In this document: piece by piece, positions 30,478 through 38,042 of the stretch | Layout of the letters: each line of letters opens with the position of its first letter | Position numbering within the stretch: the first letter of the stretch is position 1 | DNA from: Prevotella sp. | GTDB taxonomy: Bacteria; Bacteroidota; Bacteroidia; Bacteroidales; Dysgonomonadaceae | Assembly (NCBI GenBank): GCA_031285625.1 | Contig: JAITVV010000086.1 | Location: 1 to 38,042, forward strand | DNA: 38,042 nt | Direction: 5' to 3' | The notes under the pieces: generated by a model | The model's database searches: none | Told to the model about the DNA's origin: nothing | What the model saw: only the letters and a program-made list of their open reading frames with translations | Program-made: the position numbers and the translations under genes

Positions 30478-31386
30478 TTACATAATATTCCTTTTTTCGG
30501 CAAGAAGAGATCTCTTACGTTCTTTCAATACAGAATACATCTGAAGAAAAACAGATAAGATAATGAGCCCAAGCCCTGCATAGAAAGATGTGTCCAGTTC
30601 TTTGGCCTCACCAAAAATAATCATAGCTAAAACAATACTATATACAGGTTCCAGATTGTAGCTTAAATTAAGGGTAAAAGCCGAAATACTCTTCAACGCT
30701 TGTATTTGCAACATATATAGTCCTATTGTACAAACAATAGAGAATATAATCAGATACAATAAATTCAAATTGCCAGGGGAAAAAGATTCGACAGGGAAGA
30801 AATACAAATAAAATGGCAGAATAAGACTCAAAAATAAAAAGCCTCCAACCATTTCATAAAGCAATGTAATATCCCAAGAATAATTAGTAGTAGCCCCTAC
30901 CCTCTTATTTGCAATCACAAAACAAGCTGCTAATGCAGAAGAGATCGTACCAAGGAGAATTCCTGTACGATAACGTGTATCGAAATGGAAAATCAGAGCT
31001 ATACCACAAAGCGCTACAACACTAAAGAATAGCTCACGTAATGAGATACGGCGATGATTAATAATGGGTTCCAAAATTGCAGTAAAAAAGCCTGTCATGG
31101 AAAAACAAACTACACCAATAGAGACATTGGACGACTTGATACTGGCATAAAAGAATATCCAATGTGATGTCAGTAAAAGTCCCACAAACCCAATCTTCAA
31201 AAAATCTTTAATGGGAACTTGTTTCAGCTTTTTAGTAACCCAAAGCATCAAAAACAAAAAAACAGAAGTAATCAATAAACGATACCAGACAAGCATACCT
31301 TCATTGAGAGTGATAAGCTTCCCGAATATCCCTGTAAATCCTGCAATTAAAATTGATAGGTGCAGCTTAATGAATGCCTGTTTCAT
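30478..31386 (-). CDS. DMT/EamA family transporter
   Basis: About 10 TM segments in two EamA halves; HWIFFY, NLEPVY motifs. Confidence 0.9.
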   Translation of the reverse strand: MKQAFIKLHLSILIAGFTGIFGKLITLNEGMLVWYRLLITSVFLFLMLWVTKKLKQVPIKDFLKIGFVGLLLTSHWIFFYASIKSSNVSIGVVCFSMTGFFTAILEPIINHRRISLRELFFSVVALCGIALIFHFDTRYRTGILLGTISSALAACFVIANKRVGATTNYSWDITLLYEMVGGFLFLSLILPFYLYFFPVESFSPGNLNLLYLIIFSIVCTIGLYMLQIQALKSISAFTLNLSYNLEPVYSIVLAMIIFGEAKELDTSFYAGLGLIILSVFLQMYSVLKERKRSLLAEKRNIM

Positions 31387-31431
31387 TGATAACTAAATAT
31401 CGGGCAAAGATACTTATTTAATAAGAAAAAA

Positions 31432-31458
31432 AGCCTCAAAGAAAACTATCTTTGAGGC
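31432..31458 (-). terminator. Intrinsic terminator of TonB-dependent receptor gene
   Basis: GCCTCAAAGA/TCTTTGAGGC stem with T-tail on the minus strand. Confidence 0.75.
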
Positions 31459-31488
31459 CAATTTATATGAAGTTTTTAACAGTAAAAA

Positions 31489-34037
31489 TTAGTTTTGTCC
31501 GCCACCTTGTCCGCCCTGAGCACCTTCACCCTGACCAGTTGACATTGTATCATCATTATTAATTCCTCGTTTTGTTTTCTGTATCTGAGCTTTCATTTCT
31601 CCAAAGCGGAATGAGAAAGCAATACCAAAATTCCTCATGCGATTCGTAAATATTGATTCATCCCTGAAACTTTCTGTAGCTCTTTTATTTTTGAAATCCC
31701 ATTCCTTAATAAATGGATTCTGTGCAAAAAGTCTGACACTTAACCGATCATCTTTAAATCCTTTACTCACATTAAACCCGTGAAAGAAAAAAGCCGAACG
31801 TTTTCCTTGAAGATTTATATCCGGTGAAAACGCACCGATATTCACCCCAAAGCGCAAAGGCCCTTTAAATGAAGGTTTATCTTTTACTCCAAAATCATAA
31901 GGAACGGAAAACTGTCCTCCGGCAAATATATTTCCTGCAAACCCAGAGTTAGACAACCCTGTGCCATTATTAGCCTTAAGATCTGTATAGCGTCCCGACA
32001 TATTGGTATAAATATTCCACTTCTGAGAAGGGCTCCAGTTTACATAACCATTAAGTCCTATATTTTTTCGCTTGCTTACATTATCATATGTAGTGGTACT
32101 AACTCCCTCATCAATTATAGTTAGCTGCTCTATACCATTATTTTCAAAATCATAAGCTAAATTTAAGTTGAAATTAAGTTTCTGGCTAAAGTTTCCATAA
32201 TTCATACTTAATGAATGGGTCTTTACAGCATCGAGTTCCGGATTACCATATTGAATATTGGTCGGATCATATGAATTTACATATGGATTTAACTGCCAGA
32301 TTCCCGGACGTGATATACGCATATTGTAACCAAAACGGATGTTCTGAGCCGGTTTAAGCTGATAAGTGAGCGTTGCCGAAGGTACTAAATTTGAATAATC
32401 TACATTAAAGTTCTGCTCTTCATTAATAGGGAATTTGGCTTTCAGCCATGTCGCTTCATAACGAAGTCCGGCTTTTAAGCCCCATTTACCAGTCTTAGCA
32501 TTATATCCGGTATATGCAGCAAGAATATCCTGCTCATGTTTAAATTTGTCATTACTATTAGGCACATTTTCCCAACGATCCGGAGCTACAAACTTATCAT
32601 AACCACTATTACTTTCATTGATACGGATAATATATTTTGCTCCAGTCTCTAAACTATGATCAAATGTTCGTTTATCACCAAATTCAATCTTCTTAAATGG
32701 TGTTACAAAATCGATCTGAAATGTATGCTCCTTCATATCCGCATCAGTAAACTGCCTGTTTGTAACAGCCATGTCAGGGATTGCTCCTGTTTTATTCTCA
32801 AAATAACTTTCCGACTCCGAGTCATTCGGGCTAAGGCTCAGGCGATACGATGCAGTTAATAGCTGATCTTTCTTTTTAAATGTACGTTGGTAATCAGCAT
32901 TCAAATCCGTACCTCCATATGTATTCTTATTACGACCAGTTTGGTCATAACTATACTGTAAATCCTTATTCTTATCCAACATCTCAACAAACGATCCCAG
33001 ATTCTTTGTTTTTGCATTTCCATGATAGCGATTAAATCCGATGTTAATAAGATTCAATGTATCTATTTCATAACTCAGTTCTCCTGATCCGAATTGCCCG
33101 GTACCATTTGTCTTAGATTTACCATTACTATTTAGAAATTTATTATTATCATCAATAAAACTTTCACGAACAGACTCTGTTTTTCCTTCCGGACGTCTCC
33201 ATTCATAATAATTATATCGTCCTGTGAATCCAAATTTGCCATACTTTAATGAAGCATAAACTCCCCCACCAAATCCGCCTTGTGCATCTGCACGGGCATT
33301 TACAGTAGCAGTATAACCTCCCATCGAGGAATTACTTTGTGTAACGATATTAATAATACCCGAAACTCCTTCTGCGTCATATTTAGCTCCCGGATCGGTA
33401 ATCACCTGTATGTCTTTTACCGTGTTAGCAGGCATACTTTTCAATACATCTTTAGGACTACTGGATATCATATTCGATGGTTTCCCATTGAGGTATATTT
33501 TAAAATTGGAAGTCCCTTTCAATTGAATATTTTCTTCACCGTCTACTGTCACCATGGGAACCTTTTCAACATATCCAACACATTATTTGTCTTCGACTCC
33601 GGGTCATCCTCTATACTATATACTATCTTATCCAAGTCTACCTTTACCAAAGGCTTCTGTGCTGAAATCACAACCTCAGAAAGTGTCTGGGAATTGTCAT
33701 TCACAAAAACAGTTCCCAAGTCTACTGTTTTTGCATCACCCACTGTTACGGGCAATGTCACCGTATTTTTACCGATATACTCTATTGCCAGCAGATAGTC
33801 TCCTTTCTTATTCATTGAAAGCTGAAATTTTCCATTGTCATCGGATGCTACAGCTTTTAAAAGAGTTTTCGCGTTTGTCTTATCAAACAGCTTAATAGTT
33901 GCATAAGGTATAGTCTCATTTGTTAATGAATCAATCACCTGACCTTTGATCTGGACATTCATCAAAGGACTGGATTGAGAAAATGCTAAAGATGATATTA
34001 GCACAGATAATACAATTAATAATGCACGGATGTTCAT
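31489..34037 (-). pseudogene. TonB-dependent receptor / OM beta-barrel protein split by a 1-nt frameshift (may be a sequencing error)
   Basis: 34037-33549 has the signal peptide and carboxypeptidase-regulatory-like domain up to DMLK; 33555-31489 continues the plug (VITDPGAKYDAEG..GIINI) and barrel. Adding one A at 33563-33566 restores DMLKKVPMVTVD. Confidence 0.85.
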
Positions 34038-34209
34038 AAGTAAGATTTATTATTGATATGTATAATTCCCTTTTTCAGGCAACTAAGATATAAATTGATT
34101 CATTGCCTTTTAGCCTTTATATGCCTACTAGTCGGATTTATTATACATTTATCACTAAATGAAAAAATATTTTATCATTTTTAACAATATAACAGATTCT
34201 TTACGTAAA

Positions 34210-34242
34210 AAAGACACCTGAACCTGCAATTCAGATGTCTTT
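34210..34242 (-). terminator. Intrinsic terminator
   Basis: Minus strand AAAGACATCTGAA...TTCAGGTGTCTTTTTT. Confidence 0.75.
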
Positions 34243-34259
34243 ATCAATATTTACAGATA

Positions 34260-34607
34260 TTATTTACATATAGGTATTTCCTTTACAGAGATCGTCTTCC
34301 CATATATTTCAAGATAATTGATATTTATGGTATCGATAGTTAATACTATATTTCCTCCACGACCTTTTGTCAGATTCAAATCAACATGTAATACATCATC
34401 GTTGTAGCGGGATGAACTCCATCCTGTTATACCATAAGCAGAACCTTTCCAATTAATTTGTAGAGTATCGCTGTTCATCCGGCAAATATTAATATCATCT
34501 GCCGTTTTCCGAATAAACCATCCCTTTTGCATTGCAGCAAACCATAATCCAAAAATTAGAGCTGCAATTATCAGCGTAAAAAGTATAGGAGACAATCCTC
34601 GACTCAT
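34260..34607 (-). CDS. Hypothetical membrane-anchored protein
   Basis: N-terminal TM helix; start overlaps the stop of the upstream gene. Confidence 0.7.
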   Translation of the reverse strand: MSRGLSPILFTLIIAALIFGLWFAAMQKGWFIRKTADDINICRMNSDTLQINWKGSAYGITGWSSSRYNDDVLHVDLNLTKGRGGNIVLTIDTININYLEIYGKTISVKEIPICK

Positions 34608-35029
34608 TAGTATTCTGATTTTGGGTTACTCTTATCTTTCTTTTTCTCTATGAAGTAAGCTGAGACAAGTCCTAACCCGCCAAATACGGCTGCAAGTGCA
34701 GGATATAGTACAGATATGGTATTGCGGAACTCATAAAACACCTCACCTCCAGATGTTGGTGGCACAGCCAACAAATCTATAATAGCGGCTATAACCACTC
34801 CCAGACCTATACCAAGTAGAAGTAATCCTATACGTATAGCCCAAGAACCGTTATCCCTGCTCTGATAAATAGGCAGAGTAAACTGATTCATTAATATCTG
34901 TGGGTCGATACCTGTTGAGAATTTTTCAATTATAGACATTCTCTCATTACGTCTTACAAACAGTTCGAATATTTTATAAATACCGAATGTTACGATTGCC
35001 AAAACAAAAACCGGTGCTAAATCATTCAT
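34607..35029 (-). CDS. DUF6249-like membrane protein
   Basis: RRNERM..IEK, GLLLLGIGLG, FGGLGLV..YF motifs; divergent from the ECF sigma. Confidence 0.75.
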   Translation of the reverse strand: MNDLAPVFVLAIVTFGIYKIFELFVRRNERMSIIEKFSTGIDPQILMNQFTLPIYQSRDNGSWAIRIGLLLLGIGLGVVIAAIIDLLAVPPTSGGEVFYEFRNTISVLYPALAAVFGGLGLVSAYFIEKKKDKSNPKSEY

Positions 35030-35081
35030 TTGTTTCTATTTTTAAAAGTTAAACATTTTGATTTCGTTCGTTTGCTCATTT

Positions 35082-35178
35082 TGACGCACATGTTTTTGAA
35101 AGGTTACAAATCTTTGAAATAAATTTTTCTAAAATATTTTTACACTACATTTGTAACCTATCCAACTCTTGTGCGTCA
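35082..35178. promoter_or_regulatory. Two divergent ECF-type promoters, TTTGTAACCT-N10-TGTGCGTCA
   Basis: Identical boxes at 35150-35178 (+) and 35110-35082 (-); AAC...CGTC is the usual ECF -35/-10 pattern. Confidence 0.8.
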
Positions 35179-35185
35179 TACGGGT

Positions 35186-35740
35186 ATGACTGATTTTGAT
35201 GATATTTACTATATACGCAGGATCAAGGACGGACACACCGATGCATTTGTGCATATTGTACGTCGTTATGAGAGAATGGTATTTACTATTGTCAGCAAAA
35301 TTGTTTACCGACGCGTTGAAGCCGAAGATATTGTTCAGGAAATATTTATTAAAGTTTTTCAGTCACTGGACAAATTTCGGGAAGAATCAGGTTTTGCAAC
35401 ATGGCTATATCGTATAGCATATAATGCCACTATATCGGAATTGCGCAAGCGCAAACATGAATATACTTCTATAGAAGATAATTTTGCAAATATACCGGAC
35501 AGTGAGATTGCAGATATAATAGACGAAATCAGTACAGAAGATAAATTACAATATCTGGAGACCGTATTGAAAATGATGCCACCGGATGATGCTTTGCTGA
35601 TTACAATGTTTTACCTGAACGATCACACTATAAAAGATATCAGTAGTATTACAGGCAACAGTGAAGCAAATGTGAAAGTAAAGTTGCACAGAATAAGAAA
35701 ATTTATGAACTTTGAACTAAATAAACTCATACAGCAATGA
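35186..35740 (+). CDS. ECF RNA polymerase sigma-70 factor
   Basis: AEDIVQEIFIK, FATWLYRIAYN (region 2); IKDIS.ITG.S.ANVKVKLHR (region 4). Confidence 0.95.
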   Translation: MTDFDDIYYIRRIKDGHTDAFVHIVRRYERMVFTIVSKIVYRRVEAEDIVQEIFIKVFQSLDKFREESGFATWLYRIAYNATISELRKRKHEYTSIEDNFANIPDSEIADIIDEISTEDKLQYLETVLKMMPPDDALLITMFYLNDHTIKDISSITGNSEANVKVKLHRIRKFMNFELNKLIQQ

Positions 35741-36120
35741 AAGAAGATAAAGACAGACTTAGGGGTTTATTTCAGGAAATGAAATTAGACAGACCGTCAG
35801 TCGGATTCGAAAGCCGCCTGATGCAAAGCATATATGCCATAACCGAAAAGCAAACGAAGAAAGAAGCTATCTCCGCTAAGAGTATTTTGGCTATAATCGG
35901 AGGGATTTTAGGTATCTTGGGTATACCTGCGGCTATCCTGTGGTGGTTAGGCTTCTCCATGAAACCGGATATTCAATCTATTAAAACTGACTTTTCATTC
36001 AGTATGCCGGCTATAAATATAGATTCTTCTATTATCTCCATAGCATCTGTATGTCTGTTGCTTTTAGTTACAGATATGTTGATTCGCAGACGTATCTGGG
36101 AAAAGAAGCACAAAGATTGA
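35737..36120 (+). CDS. Putative membrane anti-sigma factor
   Basis: ATGA overlap with the sigma gene; PS..F..RLM N-domain and two TM helices. Confidence 0.7.
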   Translation: MKEDKDRLRGLFQEMKLDRPSVGFESRLMQSIYAITEKQTKKEAISAKSILAIIGGILGILGIPAAILWWLGFSMKPDIQSIKTDFSFSMPAINIDSSIISIASVCLLLLVTDMLIRRRIWEKKHKD

Positions 36121-36158
36121 TTGGTGCTTGTTACGTCAACCGGAAAAGACCATACGTT

Positions 36159-36235
36159 CGTCATTGCGAGGAGGAACGACGAAGCAATCTACCCTTGTTT
36201 TGCTGGATTGCTTCGAGCAAACTCTCGCAATGACG
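36159..36235. repeat. REP/MITE-like palindromic element
   Basis: Outer IR CGTCATTGCGAG/CTCGCAATGACG and inner IR CGAAGCAATC/GATTGCTTCG; GC-rich insert between convergent genes. Confidence 0.8.
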
Positions 36236-36248
36236 CGGTTTTATAAAA

Positions 36249-38042
36249 TCAACCGATAATATCGAACCGGGCAAACTTAAGCAATAGCTGTTTTACTCCT
36301 GAATTTTCGAACTCGACAGTTGCCTTCCGGCTATCCGGGTCACCCGATACAGCAGTTACTTTACCTATTCCAAACCGTTCATGTTTGATTGTGGCACCCA
36401 CTTGCACCTCATTAGTTTTTCCGGTAGAAGTTTTTGGTACAGCATTTTTCGCATTTACAAACTTGGGGCGTGAGAACGGTAAATCTGTACTTTCATTCGC
36501 CGGTTTCCCTGTGATTGCGGGTCGCTCGTTGTAAGTAGCGGGAGTAGCCTGAGCTTTTGTATAATCAAATAATTCTTTGGTATATGTCTCCGGTTTGTTT
36601 ATCGTGCCGAATCCTCCGAAAACATTTGCGTTCACATTCAGATATTCCGAGTCTATATCTCTCAAAAAGCGGCTTGGATTGGAAGCATTTACCATTCCAT
36701 TACGGAAACGGCTCTTGGCATAAGAGATCATACAGTATTCCTTAGCACGGGTAATGGCTACATAAAAAAGGCGCCGTTCTTCTTCCAATCCCCTAAATTC
36801 ATTTTTTGCCATTGCCGAAGGGAATAAGTCCTCTTCCAGCCCGACTATAAACACATTGTTAAATTCAAGTCCCTTAGCCGCATGCACAGTCATCATAGTC
36901 ACCTTTTCCCGGCCTGCTTCCTTATCCGTATCCTGATCTGTGAGCAACGATACTTCCGATAAGAAATCCATCAACCCGATACCGTCTATTCCTTCTTCCT
37001 GCCTGCTTTCGCAAAACTCATGGATACCGCCTAACAATTCCTGCAGGTTTTCCTGACGGCTCATGCCTTCGGGGGTCTGATCCTGGTAAGCCTCGCTTGC
37101 GATACCGCTTTGTTTGACGATTCTACTCGCCAATTCGTATGCGGAATATTCGTTTAACGATGCTATAAAACTTTCCATCAACTCTCTGAAATCTTTCAAC
37201 TTCTTTGCTGTGCCTGCATTGACGTTCAGATTATATTCGAGAGGCTGCCCGATAACCTCCCACATACTCACATTGTGAGTACGGGCGGCTTCCGATATTT
37301 TATTAAGTGTTGTATTCCCTATACCGCGAGCGGGGAAATTGACAGTCCGTTTGAAAGCTTCCTCATCCTGCGGATTGACTATCATACGGAAATAGGCTAT
37401 AACATCCTTAATTTCTTTCCGTTGGTAAAAAGACAAACCTCCATAGATGCGGTATGGTATATTTTTCTTTCTTAACGCTTCTTCGAATACTCGCGACTGT
37501 GCGTTGGTACGATACAGGATAACAAAATCGCCATAAGAAGCCTTTTTTTCGCGGCGCAAATCCCAAATCTTATTGGAAACGATTACCCCTTCTTCAAAAT
37601 CGGAATATGCACCGGCTACTTCAATTCTGTCACCCTCGTCATTTTCTGAAAAAACAGTCTTCTGGATCTGCTCTCTATTCTGTTTTATAAGACTGTTAGC
37701 GGCATTTACAATATTCTGTGTCGAGCGGTAATTCTGTTCCAGTTTGAAGATCTTAGATTCCGGATAAACCTCTTTGAACTTAAGTATATTATCGATGTTC
37801 GCCCCACGGAACGAGTAGATACTTTGAGCATCATCTCCCACCACACACACACGGTGATGTGCGTCGGCAAGTTGTTTTATAACCAGATACTGGGCAAAGT
37901 TAGTGTCTTGATACTCATCAACAAGTATATACTGGTAACGTTCCTGATAACTTTTCAGTACCTCGGGATAATCGCGGAAAAGGCAATTGGTATAGAACAG
38001 CAAGTCGTCGAAGTCCATCGTATTCGATGCCTTCAGGCGATT
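36249..38042 (-). CDS. uvrD: UvrD/PcrA ATP-dependent DNA helicase (N-terminus outside window)
   Basis: VDEYQDTN, VGDDAQSIYSFRGA, LEQNYRST, TVHAAKGLEF, EERRLFYVAITRA; frame open to the window edge. Confidence 0.95.
   Translation of the reverse strand, partial: NRLKASNTMDFDDLLFYTNCLFRDYPEVLKSYQERYQYILVDEYQDTNFAQYLVIKQLADAHHRVCVVGDDAQSIYSFRGANIDNILKFKEVYPESKIFKLEQNYRSTQNIVNAANSLIKQNREQIQKTVFSENDEGDRIEVAGAYSDFEEGVIVSNKIWDLRREKKASYGDFVILYRTNAQSRVFEEALRKKNIPYRIYGGLSFYQRKEIKDVIAYFRMIVNPQDEEAFKRTVNFPARGIGNTTLNKISEAARTHNVSMWEVIGQPLEYNLNVNAGTAKKLKDFRELMESFIASLNEYSAYELASRIVKQSGIASEAYQDQTPEGMSRQENLQELLGGIHEFCESRQEEGIDGIGLMDFLSEVSLLTDQDTDKEAGREKVTMMTVHAAKGLEFNNVFIVGLEEDLFPSAMAKNEFRGLEEERRLFYVAITRAKEYCMISYAKSRFRNGMVNASNPSRFLRDIDSEYLNVNANVFGGFGTINKPETYTKELFDYTKAQATPATYNERPAITGKPANESTDLPFSRPKFVNAKNAVPKTSTGKTNEVQVGATIKHERFGIGKVTAVSGDPDSRKATVEFENSGVKQLLLKFARFDIIG

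Noticed and set aside
35082-35178. Invertible DNA segment flanked by inverted repeats
   Set aside because: The arms match only at the -35/-10 boxes with different spacers, and no invertase is nearby; divergent ECF promoters are the simpler explanation.
36249-38042. uvrD looks somewhat GC-richer than its neighbours (possible foreign allele)
   Set aside because: Not quantified; conserved housekeeping genes here are generally GC-richer than accessory genes, and there are no mobility signals.

Overview
AT-rich Bacteroidales chromosome segment (Dysgonomonas-like gene content; TAnnTTTG -7 promoters recur before many genes). Bases 1-~826 look like the decayed, GC-richer end of an integrated element carrying a frameshifted RNase HI-like gene. 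The rest is mostly housekeeping and envelope genes: MBL hydrolase, two tandem TolB-like propellers, AI-2E transporter, CE1 esterase, GH13 alpha-amylase, S9 peptidase, GDPD, kbl/threonine dehydrogenase, DoxX, TonB, glmS, PaaI thioesterase, YtrA-type GntR/ABC operon, DUF805, AraC, EamA, a frameshifted TonB-dependent receptor, an ECF sigma/anti-sigma pair and a truncated UvrD/PcrA. The standout is an (AG)26 microsatellite inside an unannotated leader ORF upstream of a 641-aa secreted protein. In the present allele the leader stops right after the repeat; losing one repeat unit would open a 190-aa frame ending 12 nt before the downstream ATG, i.e. a candidate phase-variable leader-translation switch. 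Other notable items: a secreted stand-alone Hint domain lacking its catalytic residues, an orphan NTF2-fold immunity gene with a structured 3' RNA, a candidate AraC-activated sRNA, a hidden 36-aa membrane peptide in the ytr-like operon, twin divergent ECF promoters and a Ser-rich disordered lipoprotein. No rRNA, tRNA or CRISPR array was seen. All family calls come from motif recognition, not database searches.
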